From an uncultured Candidatus Micrarchaeota archaeon (lineage in GTDB: Archaea > Micrarchaeota > Micrarchaeia > Anstonellales > Bilamarchaeaceae): a stretch of DNA of 64,000 bases. The position numbers and the translations under genes were made by a program. The notes beneath the pieces are model-generated. The model was not told the DNA's origin. It was given only the letters and a program-made list of their open reading frames with translations, and ran no database searches. Positions 49,071 through 58,644 of this stretch are shown here, piece after piece; the first letter of the stretch is position 1; each line of letters begins with the position of its first letter. The stretch covers positions 472,086 through 536,085 of the forward strand of contig CAWBTT010000002.1 of the NCBI GenBank assembly GCA_963791815.1. The letters are read 5' to 3'.

Positions 49071-49307
49071 ATGTCCCCAAAGAAAAAACCAAAGAGAAAG
49101 CCAGTCAAAAAGAGCACCCCCTCTGTGAAAAAACACAATGTTAGGGATGCGCACCTTCCCGGTTACTTGATGATTGCATTCGGCCTTATTGGCCTTGGAA
49201 TCAATTACGACCTCCTAGGCGGAATGGCCTGGGCAAAAGCCTACCCGCTTCTGGCAGTGCTTTTCGGTGCAGTCGCTCTTGTTAAGGTAATCATTTCAAG
49301 AGACTAG
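49071..49307 (+). CDS. Small protein with basic N-terminus and two TMs
   Basis: GGTGATC SD-like motif; Lys-rich N-terminus. Confidence 0.65.
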   Translation: MSPKKKPKRKPVKKSTPSVKKHNVRDAHLPGYLMIAFGLIGLGINYDLLGGMAWAKAYPLLAVLFGAVALVKVIISRD

Positions 49308-50062
49308 CGTATTCTACTGCGTTTTTGAAAATTCTGAGCCCCATTGGCTCACTTACTTTTCCTCTTACCCAATACGGGCAATTCTGAATTATATTGAAAG
49401 CCTCAGGGTGAGGCATCATGCCGAAAATCCGTCCAGTACTGTCGCACACGCCCGCGATTCCCATGACCGAGCCATTCGGGTTGTCCGGGTATTTCGCATC
49501 ATTTCCGTCCTTGTCAGTGTACTGGAAAACAATCTGATTCTTTGATTTCATAGTCTCAAGCGCATTATCATCCAATGGGATGAACTTGCCTTCTCCATGC
49601 CTTACCGGGACAAGCATGAAATCAATTCCTTTTGTGAAAATACAGGGGGACTTCTTGTTGGCCTTGAGGACGACCCACCGGTCTTCGAATTTTCCTGAGT
49701 CATTGCCAATCAAGGTTACTTTCTGCTCGAAATCAGGTTCTGGAAGAAGCCCCATCTTGACAAGCACCTGGAAACCGTTGCAGATTCCTAATGATGAGCT
49801 TCCCTTCTTTGACGAATTTCTCCAAAGGCTCCCTCAGCCTGAACTTCATCTTGTTGGCAAACACCTTGCCTGAACCCAAGTCATCCCCAAATGAGAATCC
49901 CCCAGGTATGAATAGCATATTGTAGTTGTCCAGGAGCTCTGGATTGTCAAGCACCTTGTTCAGGTGCATAATCTCGGCATGGCCTCCGCTCTTCTCAATA
50001 GCGTATTTGCTTTCATTTTCGCAATTGATGCCATAGCCATACAGAACAAGCGCTCTCAGCAT
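49291..50062 (-). pseudogene. purQ: Phosphoribosylformylglycinamidine synthase subunit PurQ, frameshifted
   Basis: N-half GINCE/PGGFSFGD; one extra base near 49789-49791 (ATC ATT A GGA ATC TGC) shifts GICNGFQ..HGEG..NPNGS..MMPHPE into another frame. Confidence 0.85.
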
Positions 50063-50184
50063 ACATAACATCATCTCAAAAATTGTTTTAAGCTTTGGCT
50101 ATTCAAGCAGCGAAAAAGGAACATGCCTCCCCCTCACCGCTCCATATATATATATAATTTCCCTGTTTTTTCTTTACAGTTAAG

Positions 50185-51816
50185 GTGAATTCTATGGATG
50201 GACGAAGAAACAGGAGAAATGTTAATGCTGGAATGTCAAGAAGGCAGTTCCTCAAGACCACTGGAATTGCAGTCGCAGGCGCAGGCGCTGCTGCGGCCGG
50301 TTTGGCCGGGGCCGCGAATGCCAATCTATCTAACCGACCGTTCCCTGAATCCGTGGCCGGAGGGGGGAATAACTACAATGTCTGGCCTGTGGGGAACGAT
50401 AACCTAACACATGTCCATCCCAAGACAAACGAGCCTTGCACCCAGGATGCCTTCAATGTCCAGTATGCTGTCGATAATGTGGATGAAGGGGGCGTCGTAA
50501 GGTTGCATTCAAAGAACATGAAAACCGAAGCGACCTATTTCCAGTTCGGCCAGTCCAATGTGACTGTCCACAAATCAGTTACTATCATCGGACAGTCCGA
50601 CCACGGAAAGACCAAAGCTCTTGTCAAAGGCTCATCCTCGAAATCGTTAAATGCGACCGGGGGGCCCAACCAGAACTACGCGCCTGAACTCGTAGGCATC
50701 TTCAATATCTATGCACCTGGAAAGGAAGTGGAATTCAACAATCTCGCCATAGACCACACATTCACCCATGTGATATCCGAGAATTTCTCCACATTCGGAT
50801 CAATCACACTGCCCAATAGGGGTAGCGCTCTTTTGAAGGTGCTCAACTGCGATATCGATACGATTGCATCATCCGCGGTAGCCACTCCCGCAAGCCCGGC
50901 AAAGAGCAAAATCGTGAGGAACTGCAAGATAAGGGGGAAGGCGGACATGGTGGATGGCAACTATTCCTGCATTAATGTAGGGAGCTTCGGCGATTCCCCT
51001 CCGAATCTGCTCGATGCTCGGATAGAGGTCACAGACTGCCATCTAGACTCTGCTCTTTTCGTCGGAGTGATCATCTTGGATGGCTACAGCAATGCCAACA
51101 CCGTCATTGATGTCAAACGCAACCGAATCGGGCATACTCCTCGCCAGCCAAACCCGGTCAACGGGATAGTCGAAGCGACTTCTGTCGGTGTAATCGTTGG
51201 CGCGCCTTTCCTCGGGAATCCGCAGAATCCGATTTTCGCGCCTATCAATGGAAAGATAACCATTGTTGAAAACATGATTAAACTATCGAGATATTACTCC
51301 GGTGGGCCACTCGCCGGAGGAATCTCCACGACGCCTGAAAAAGATGGGAATGTCCTGATAGAGAACAACATTATCGATTTCTCGTTGCCCTTCAAATTGC
51401 CAGAGCCAGCTCCTGGTTTATCCGTTATCATCGGATTGGATGCCATAACTTACGAGGATTTCACCGAAGAGGCCACTGCGCTTATACAGAACAACACTAT
51501 TCTGACGAGCAAGCCTCCGTACGCTCCCAGCCTCGTTCCGGTGCATTACGGGGTAGCGCTGGGCAACGAATCGGCATTGGGCGGTTTCGTCAAATCATCG
51601 GCAAAAAATGTGACTGTGCAGAACAACGACTACTCGGGATTGGCGGTGGTGCCATACCTGAGACTCAGTTCATTAGGGCCTCAATTCACCCCGGGTTTCG
51701 CCATGTTCATGAACGACCTGACCAATGGCAACACCGCAATCGAGCCGGGCCTGACCTGTGCTGACATAAACGACCTTGGGTCCAATTCGGTCACAGCTGG
51801 AGGAGTCAACTGCTGA
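50185..51816 (+). CDS. Tat-signal secreted parallel beta-helix (pectin lyase-like) protein
   Basis: SRRQFLK plus Ala-rich h-region; VQYAVD; repeated IxxNxI strands; true start may be 50194 or 50233. Confidence 0.75.
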   Translation: MNSMDGRRNRRNVNAGMSRRQFLKTTGIAVAGAGAAAAGLAGAANANLSNRPFPESVAGGGNNYNVWPVGNDNLTHVHPKTNEPCTQDAFNVQYAVDNVDEGGVVRLHSKNMKTEATYFQFGQSNVTVHKSVTIIGQSDHGKTKALVKGSSSKSLNATGGPNQNYAPELVGIFNIYAPGKEVEFNNLAIDHTFTHVISENFSTFGSITLPNRGSALLKVLNCDIDTIASSAVATPASPAKSKIVRNCKIRGKADMVDGNYSCINVGSFGDSPPNLLDARIEVTDCHLDSALFVGVIILDGYSNANTVIDVKRNRIGHTPRQPNPVNGIVEATSVGVIVGAPFLGNPQNPIFAPINGKITIVENMIKLSRYYSGGPLAGGISTTPEKDGNVLIENNIIDFSLPFKLPEPAPGLSVIIGLDAITYEDFTEEATALIQNNTILTSKPPYAPSLVPVHYGVALGNESALGGFVKSSAKNVTVQNNDYSGLAVVPYLRLSSLGPQFTPGFAMFMNDLTNGNTAIEPGLTCADINDLGSNSVTAGGVNC

Positions 51817-51860
51817 TCCCTTTATCTTTTCTTTTATAAATTTCCCTCTTTTTTTAAAAA

Positions 51861-52235
51861 TCAGACCTTTCTCAATCCTCTGATTCCCTCGAACTTCCAG
51901 GCGCTGCGAGTAAATATGAAAGCGTCGTTGGCAATGCATATCGACGCTGTCAGAATGCTGTCCATTGGCTTTGGCAGCTCGCCATTCATCTTGATTTCCC
52001 GGTTCAGCTTGGTCGCGATTCCGGCTGCTCTTTTGTCAAATGGGAGGATGCTGATACTGTTTGAGAAGTTGCTGATAACATCTTCCTTCTTGATGGTTTC
52101 AAGAAGCTGCATCAACGTTAAACTGGTTATGCAGATTTCTTCCCTGTCGGCGTAATACTTCAGCTTCTCAATCGTTCCAGGGTCGCCCATAAGGAAATCC
52201 AATGCCTTATCAAAATCCAGGCAGATTTTTTCCAT
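51861..52235 (-). CDS. vapC: VapC PIN-domain toxin
   Basis: ICLD, ITSLT, ILPFD, DSILTA; some acidic catalytic positions look altered. Confidence 0.8.
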   Translation of the reverse strand: MEKICLDFDKALDFLMGDPGTIEKLKYYADREEICITSLTLMQLLETIKKEDVISNFSNSISILPFDKRAAGIATKLNREIKMNGELPKPMDSILTASICIANDAFIFTRSAWKFEGIRGLRKV

Positions 52236-52237
52236 TT

Positions 52238-52456
52238 CTAATCCACCCAGTTGTATTCTCCGCGCCCGATGCGTTTGGCTACTCTTCTATGGATGTCTTT
52301 ATCCTCAATAGTTCCTGCCAAAGAAATAATCGTGCTCTCCTGCTTTCTTTCCTTTAAGAGATATCTAAGAATCTGACTGAAACTCATGTCTTTTGAGGAC
52401 TTGAGCCTCTTCAAATCATCATACACATCGTCCATTATTGTTATGACACGAACCAT
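52238..52456 (-). CDS. vapB: VapB-family antitoxin
   Basis: VITIMDDVYDDLKRLK..SFSQIL. Confidence 0.85.
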   Translation of the reverse strand: MVRVITIMDDVYDDLKRLKSSKDMSFSQILRYLLKERKQESTIISLAGTIEDKDIHRRVAKRIGRGEYNWVD

Positions 52457-52658
52457 TTTTCATTCCCCCAATTGCATAAATGCATTCACTAAATACATTT
52501 ATATGATTTACCTCGAAAAATCCCAACTTGTTGCTCTTAAGATTTTTTTATGTTTCAAAGATTAACCTCAGAAAACCACATTCTTTTAAATCAAAAAAAT
52601 CCGTTTTATATTAATCCTCTCATAGAAACGGGGAAATTGCGACTAAAGGTGAACATAT

Positions 52659-53744
52659 ATGGAAGATTTAGTAAGATCTGTAATGGGGGAAGCATCTCCA
52701 AAGGAAGAGAACTCAAGCTCTGATGCGATGAGTTCTGAGACAATTAAGATTGTGACCGTAGGTGTCGGTGGAGCCGGAAACAACACAATAAACAGGCTCA
52801 TAAAGTCAGGTGTTAAAGGCACTGAACTTGTCGCTATAAACACAGACAAGCAGCACTTGAACATAGTCCATGAGAGGGCAAAGAAAGTACTTATCGGTAA
52901 ATCAGTCACCAAGGGTCTTGGTGCAGGAGGCTACCCAGACATCGGTGCAAAATCAGCCGAAGTCGACAGGCCTTTGATTGAAAGAGAACTTGAAGGAGCC
53001 CACCTCGTATTCGTATGCGCAGGTATGGGCGGTGGAACTGGTGGTGGAGCAGCCCCAATCGTCGCGCAAATCGCGAAAGAACAGGGAGCTATCGTAGTTG
53101 CCATGGTTACCTACCCGTTCGCTCTTGAAAGGGCCAGGAAGAAGAAAGCCGAAGAGGGCATTAAAGCACTCAAGAGGGGATGCGACTCAGTCATTATCCT
53201 CGACAACAACAGGCTTGTCTCACTTGTCCCGAACCTGCCAATGGCAGAAGCATTCGCAGTTGCTGATGAGATTCTCTCAAGGGCAATCAGCGGTCTTGTC
53301 TGGACAATCACACAGCCGTCTTTGATTAACATCGACTTTGCAGACGTTCGTTCCATCATGGAAGGCGGAGGAGTCGGATTCATCGCAGTCGGCGAGGGAA
53401 AAGGAAACGACAAGGTTACTGGAGCAGCAGAGGGAGTTATCAAGAACAGACTTCTTGATGTTGACTTCGAAGGTGCAAAAGGCGCGCTCATCCACATCAG
53501 TGGAGGAGCTGACCTCACACTTGGCGACGCTATCAAAGCCGGTGAAATCATCACCGAGAAGATGGACGCAGAAGCCAATGTCAAATGGGGAGCCAGAATC
53601 ATGCAGAACTACGAGGGCAAATTGGAAATCGTTGCAATCGTAACTGGTGTTACCGGCGCTTCAGTTGCAGGCCAGTCAATGGTTGAAGAGGAAGAAGCAT
53701 CAACCATGCCAGAGTACTCAAGGGACCTTGAAGTTCTCGGTTAG
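52659..53744 (+). CDS. ftsZ: Cell division protein FtsZ
   Basis: GVGGAGNN, INTD, GMGGGTGGG, INIDFAD. Confidence 0.97.
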   Translation: MEDLVRSVMGEASPKEENSSSDAMSSETIKIVTVGVGGAGNNTINRLIKSGVKGTELVAINTDKQHLNIVHERAKKVLIGKSVTKGLGAGGYPDIGAKSAEVDRPLIERELEGAHLVFVCAGMGGGTGGGAAPIVAQIAKEQGAIVVAMVTYPFALERARKKKAEEGIKALKRGCDSVIILDNNRLVSLVPNLPMAEAFAVADEILSRAISGLVWTITQPSLINIDFADVRSIMEGGGVGFIAVGEGKGNDKVTGAAEGVIKNRLLDVDFEGAKGALIHISGGADLTLGDAIKAGEIITEKMDAEANVKWGARIMQNYEGKLEIVAIVTGVTGASVAGQSMVEEEEASTMPEYSRDLEVLG

Positions 53745-53775
53745 TTTTTCTTTTTTTCTATTCTTTATTTCTTCT
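53745..53775 (+). terminator. Oligo-T tract after ftsZ
   Basis: TTTTTCTTTTTTTCTATTCTTTATTTC directly after the stop codon. Confidence 0.45.
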
Positions 53776-53776
53776 T

Positions 53777-54490
53777 ATGAAAATCAAAATCACTACCAAT
53801 CCCAAGAAAGACTGGACCGCTCCTTTAGCTGAGGAAGTCAAAAAACTCCTCGAAGACAATCTCCATGACATTGTTGAAGAGGCCGCAGATGCGACAATAT
53901 GCATTGGCGGAGACGGCACTGTTCTCTATGCCCATCACCAGGGAATGCTTGAAGGGACAGTGCTTGGCATCGGAACACTGAAGAGCTACATCTGCCAGAT
54001 TACCAAGGAAGATTGGAACGACAAAATCTTCGACGTTCTTCAGAGCGAACCGTTCACTGTCATGACGTTGAAAGCCCAGGTTGACGGGAAAGAACTTATA
54101 GCTCTCAATGATTTTGTTGTCCATGCAAAAGATTACCGTGTACTCACAATGGAAGTTACGCACTCAGGAAAATCCTCCAAATTCAGAGGGGACGGAATCA
54201 TAATCTCAACCTCAATGGGCTCGCCTGCCTATGCATATTCTGCTGGCGGGGATGCGCTCCTTCCTGATGAACGAAAAATGGTCGTAGTCCCAATTGCCCC
54301 TTACCGTCGCGCATTCTCACCAGAAGTTCTTTCAGATGATACAACAATCACAATAACGACGAACAAAGATTTTGCATTTATCACAGATGGCATCCTCATC
54401 TCTGAACTTGTTGGGGCAACCAAAGTGAATATTCAAAAAGGCGATGACATACAATTCTTCCACGGAGTCGGATTCCATGAACAAGGATGA
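53777..54490 (+). CDS. nadK: NAD kinase
   Basis: GGDGT, ALND, GDGIIIST, AYAYSAGG. Confidence 0.92.
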   Translation: MKIKITTNPKKDWTAPLAEEVKKLLEDNLHDIVEEAADATICIGGDGTVLYAHHQGMLEGTVLGIGTLKSYICQITKEDWNDKIFDVLQSEPFTVMTLKAQVDGKELIALNDFVVHAKDYRVLTMEVTHSGKSSKFRGDGIIISTSMGSPAYAYSAGGDALLPDERKMVVVPIAPYRRAFSPEVLSDDTTITITTNKDFAFITDGILISELVGATKVNIQKGDDIQFFHGVGFHEQG

Positions 54491-54782
54491 GATACTGAAA
54501 CAGGGATATGTTGATGTCAGGGTCCAGGTCACTGGCCTTCGCCAGAACCACCGTCTTACTGTGGAGAAGGACAGAACCTCCAGAGGGATATTGACCTATT
54601 TATCATCAAAACATTATATTCCAACTCAGGAGCTGGTCCGGCTTGCAGAAATCCTTCAGTTCCCAATCAAGCACAATACTACGGTTGTATTCCCAAAAGG
54701 GAAAATGCCAAAAGACTTTTTAGAAAAAACAGAGGATGTCTCAGTCGAGGCCGACACTATAGAGGCCGAAATTGAGGACTAG
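54477..54782 (+). CDS. Hypothetical protein
   Basis: Overlaps the nadK end; fills the gap to the convergent gene. Confidence 0.6.
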   Translation: MNKDEILKQGYVDVRVQVTGLRQNHRLTVEKDRTSRGILTYLSSKHYIPTQELVRLAEILQFPIKHNTTVVFPKGKMPKDFLEKTEDVSVEADTIEAEIED

Positions 54783-55654
54783 GCCAATTCTCTCTTAAGA
54801 ACCTCTATTACCTCTTCCCCTATTCTTGCCTGCGCTTCTCTGGTAGCTGCTCCAAGGTGCGGTGTAAGATAGACATTATCCAATTCAAGGAGCTTTCCAG
54901 TGTAAGGCTCTTGCCGGTAAACATCGAGAGCAGCGCCCTTGAGCTTCCCAGATTTGCAAGCATCATAGAGGGCATCCTCGTCAACGATTTCTCCTCTTGA
55001 AGTGTTGATGATGAAAGCCCCATCTTTCATCTTTGATATATTTTCATTATTTATCAGGTTAATAGTGCCAGGCAAAGCCGGTACATGAAGGGTAATCACA
55101 TCCGCCTTTCCGAAAACTTCGTCGTTGCTCATGAAAGCCGCAATTCCATCCTCTCTTGGATGAGGGTCTGATGCAATCACTTCCATTCCCAGGGAATTTG
55201 CCTTTTTCCCGAGCAATCCGCCAATTCTCCCATAGCCAATTACGCCAAGAATCTTGCCACCAACCTCGTTGCCTGTAAGTTTCTTCTTCTCCCATTGCTG
55301 GTTCTTCATCTGGTGGTGTGCCTTCTGCACATTCCGGAGTCCGCAGATTGCGAGTCCAAGGACAAGCTCTGCAACAGCGTTCGAGGAAGCTCCAGGGGTA
55401 TTCATCACTTTGATGCCCTTCTCTGCGCAGGCTTCCTTGTCGATATTATCTGTGCCGACCCCGGCCCTTATCACAAGTTTCAAGTTTGAGTCAGAAATAA
55501 GTTCCTTAGTCACCTTGGTGGCGCTCCTCACGATCAGAGCATCGGCATCGACGATGGCAGCCTTCACATCCTCAGGCTTGTTTCGTACCTCTCCAAGCTC
55601 TCCAATGGCTTTGACCACGCTCTCTTCCATATTATCTGCAATTACAACTAGCAT
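54779..55654 (-). CDS. serA: D-3-phosphoglycerate dehydrogenase-like 2-hydroxyacid dehydrogenase (no ACT domain)
   Basis: RAGVGTDNID, GYGRIG, INTSRG, TPHLGA. Confidence 0.85.
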   Translation of the reverse strand: MLVVIADNMEESVVKAIGELGEVRNKPEDVKAAIVDADALIVRSATKVTKELISDSNLKLVIRAGVGTDNIDKEACAEKGIKVMNTPGASSNAVAELVLGLAICGLRNVQKAHHQMKNQQWEKKKLTGNEVGGKILGVIGYGRIGGLLGKKANSLGMEVIASDPHPREDGIAAFMSNDEVFGKADVITLHVPALPGTINLINNENISKMKDGAFIINTSRGEIVDEDALYDACKSGKLKGAALDVYRQEPYTGKLLELDNVYLTPHLGAATREAQARIGEEVIEVLKRELA

Positions 55655-55952
55655 GAATTGTTCATGAAACTAACCCTTTTAGGGCTTTTTGGCGTTGATA
55701 CATAGACTTATAAAATACATTTAACATATCGTTATTGCACAAAAAATCCCCTCAGAGTTAATGCTTTTACCGAAGAAAAAAACAATCTTGGTTTATTTGC
55801 GCAATTGAGGTTTTTGATTGTACGATTTTCCCTATTGTAACGCATTTTCTAAGGAAATTCGCACAATATTTAAATATATCCTGGGGTTTTGAACAACTTT
55901 CTCCGCGAAACATATAAATACAACTTAATTCAAATAGTAATTAGGTGGGGGG

Positions 55953-56243
55953 ATGGTTATGTTCAATGAAACCAGAAGGGGTAAGAAAAAGCTTATGGGC
56001 CTTGCATCGGCTCTTGAGATGGGTATGTCTGGAAAAGACATGGGATTCATGGTAAGTACTGCCGGGGAGCTTGTGAAAGCGCTTCGGACAAATGACCCAG
56101 GTCTCTCCGGAGACGAGAAGGTCAGATTAGTCAAATCAGTGTGCCGCGCGAAGGCAAAGGCGTTCTTAGGCGGCCCCAATGATAATTACAAAACATACAG
56201 GGCGTTAAGCATGATAAGTAGCGACCTCGTGAGGATGCTCTAA
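55953..56243 (+). CDS. Hypothetical protein
   Basis: AGGTGG SD and upstream TATA-like sequence. Confidence 0.55.
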   Translation: MVMFNETRRGKKKLMGLASALEMGMSGKDMGFMVSTAGELVKALRTNDPGLSGDEKVRLVKSVCRAKAKAFLGGPNDNYKTYRALSMISSDLVRML

Positions 56244-56259
56244 AAAAGGTGATGAAAAA

Positions 56260-56670
56260 ATGAAACAAGTTACCCTTGTGTCAGAGGACAGAGTGGGCTT
56301 ATTAGCCGACATATCGTACATCCTGGGCAAATCCAGCGTCAACATCGAAGGATTGCACGTCGATGTAATCGGCGGAAGGGCAGTGATATCGATGGAAGTC
56401 AAAGACCCAAAGAAAGCGACTGATATTCTTGTACGAAACAAATTCAAGACTACAGACCCGGCAGCGATTGTCATCAAAGTGGCAAACAACTCAATGGAAA
56501 AAATCACTGAGATGCTTGAAGTTGAAAAAGTGACTATCAAAGGACTGAGCATGCTTTCTAAGGACGCGAACGAAGGAATCTTCGCAATCAGCGTCGACAA
56601 ACCAAGGAAAGCAACGAAGATGCTTACTCCGTTCCTTCTGGGCAACCAGGCCGAACCCGGTTACTACTAA
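56260..56670 (+). CDS. Tandem ACT-domain protein
   Basis: EDRVGLLADIS..NIE; AGGTGA SD. Confidence 0.8.
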   Translation: MKQVTLVSEDRVGLLADISYILGKSSVNIEGLHVDVIGGRAVISMEVKDPKKATDILVRNKFKTTDPAAIVIKVANNSMEKITEMLEVEKVTIKGLSMLSKDANEGIFAISVDKPRKATKMLTPFLLGNQAEPGYY

Positions 56671-57749
56671 GTTGTAATTTCTTCCATTCTTTTCTCTTTT
56701 TCTGCCTGTTTTATTTCCTTGGCAATTCTTCTTCCAAAGCTAATGCTCTCTCTGAAGAGGTACTCAGAATAAGGCGTGAATCTTGTTCCTGGCGAGCCGG
56801 GCATCCTAAGTGAAACGTCGAAGCAGACGAATTCCTCTTTTCCTTCCTCGACAAAGGCCCCCTGCAGGGCAAAAGGCCCGATGATGCCGTCTTTGTACTC
56901 CTTGTTGACCGCTCTTGCGAAATTGTCCCCAAGCTCAAAGACCTGCTCCAATAATGATTCTCTCAGTGTGCACGCGATATGGCCAACCTCAATAGTGGAT
57001 GGCTGTGCCATCTTCAGAAGTTCAAGCTGCGCGTCTGCCGGCATCCTCAAATATCCGTCGATGTTTGTTTGCCTCCTCGTATCAATACCTAAAAGTTCCA
57101 CCTCATCATGGATTGGGGAGTAGAAGAAATTCAGGTTGAAATGGGCGCCGACTATATATTCCTCGATAGTGGCCTTCTCAAGGTCATCTTCCTTGATTTT
57201 GCCCATCATAATCATCTGTTTGCTCCGAATGTGATATTCCTCAGGGCTTCTTGCGAGGAAGAAAGCTCTCTCATAGCTTCTTTTTGCCTCGCTCACCTTG
57301 ACTATCACTAATCTGTCAATGTCATCTGGCTTCTTGAACTTCTTTGGCGACCTTACCCCTGCCTTGTCCATCAGGTGGTATTGGTTCTTCTGCGCGTCTC
57401 TCTCCTCTGCCCGCAGCAAATATTTATTGCCGAAGACCGGGACCCTGAAATCATTCTCAATTCTTTCATATCCGACATAAACTGCGAACGAGCGGTTGGG
57501 GACGAAGACGGATTTCCTCTCAAGAAGGAAATCCTGCTTCTCTGTAATCTCATTGAATTTATTCAGAAGAAGAAGCTCATCGACCACGCCGACGTCCTGC
57601 TCCCCCCGTTTCCTGCTCTTATACGGCCCCAGGTAGGTCTTTTCCCTGCCCTTCTGAGCAACGACAACGGTTTTGAAACCTTCTTTCTTTGCGCCTTCAC
57701 AAACATCCAAAGCAGAGTGGCTCCCCAATGTAGAAATGGTATGTTCCAT
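56667..57749 (-). CDS. purP: PurP-family formate-dependent AICAR formyl ligase (ATP-grasp)
   Basis: LGSHSALD, PNRSF, RESLLE, IGPFALQ. Confidence 0.9.
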   Translation of the reverse strand: MEHTISTLGSHSALDVCEGAKKEGFKTVVVAQKGREKTYLGPYKSRKRGEQDVGVVDELLLLNKFNEITEKQDFLLERKSVFVPNRSFAVYVGYERIENDFRVPVFGNKYLLRAEERDAQKNQYHLMDKAGVRSPKKFKKPDDIDRLVIVKVSEAKRSYERAFFLARSPEEYHIRSKQMIMMGKIKEDDLEKATIEEYIVGAHFNLNFFYSPIHDEVELLGIDTRRQTNIDGYLRMPADAQLELLKMAQPSTIEVGHIACTLRESLLEQVFELGDNFARAVNKEYKDGIIGPFALQGAFVEEGKEEFVCFDVSLRMPGSPGTRFTPYSEYLFRESISFGRRIAKEIKQAEKEKRMEEITT

Positions 57750-57828
57750 AGTTGGAATTTTGTTATTCAGGTTTAAAAAAATGGCAGGGTTATATCTTTT
57801 TATATAACCTGAACGGAGAAATAAAAAT

Positions 57829-58644
57829 ATGAAGACGCTGCTCGTCCTTTTGCTGCTGGTAGCTGCAGTGCATGCCAGTTTCGTTATTGAACAGGTAGAC
57901 GTATCCATCAGCGATATTGAGAGCGACGGCAGCGCAAAGGTCCATGAGAGCATCAAAATCATCATGTTCGGTGACCATTCAAACTCAGTCTACGACAGCG
58001 GAATAGCTTACAACCGCCTTTCCGTCTGGTCAAACAACACTGGCCTCAAAGACGTGAAAATCCACGTCAACTCAGCGCTGGTTGATATCCGTGATTTCCG
58101 GCTGAGGCCGCAGCCAAGAACCAAATGCAATCCAATCCAGGAGCTTTGCCATGGAGAACTCATCCTTGACTACTACGCATACCCATCATTTGAGAATGAG
58201 AGCGCAAAATCCGGGACCGGCCTTTTCACAGTGGAAAAGTACAAGCCAAGAACGCACAGGTACACCCTGAATCCGGATGCATTGTCATTCACACTCACAA
58301 CTGAGAAAAACATTATTCTTGAGGATGAGGTTCATCTTACCATCAAGATGCCTGCTGAGAGCGAGCTTCTCGATGTCAATCCGCAGCCAGGAACCGAGGA
58401 CCTTGGCCTGCCGGCGCATGTCAGCCAGCTCTCCTGGAACGACATAGTCCTCGTGAAATTCTCACTGATATTCGATGTGGAAGACAGCATAGACAAAGAA
58501 GTCACTGACTTCTTCAGCAACATAGCAAAGGGAATCAGCAGCACCCTTTCAAGCCCGAATGGCATCCCGTTAGTTGTCCTGATACTCCTGCTCATTGGTT
58601 CATACCTGTATATCATGATGGCGAAAAGAAGAGGCGAAGAGTAA
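57829..58644 (+). CDS. Secreted, C-terminally anchored hypothetical protein
   Basis: Signal peptide, C-terminal TM followed by KRR. Confidence 0.75.
   Translation: MKTLLVLLLLVAAVHASFVIEQVDVSISDIESDGSAKVHESIKIIMFGDHSNSVYDSGIAYNRLSVWSNNTGLKDVKIHVNSALVDIRDFRLRPQPRTKCNPIQELCHGELILDYYAYPSFENESAKSGTGLFTVEKYKPRTHRYTLNPDALSFTLTTEKNIILEDEVHLTIKMPAESELLDVNPQPGTEDLGLPAHVSQLSWNDIVLVKFSLIFDVEDSIDKEVTDFFSNIAKGISSTLSSPNGIPLVVLILLLIGSYLYIMMAKRRGEE

Noticed and set aside
55655..55950. Replication origin in the AT-rich spacer
   Set aside because: No ORB-like repeats and no adjacent cdc6/orc1
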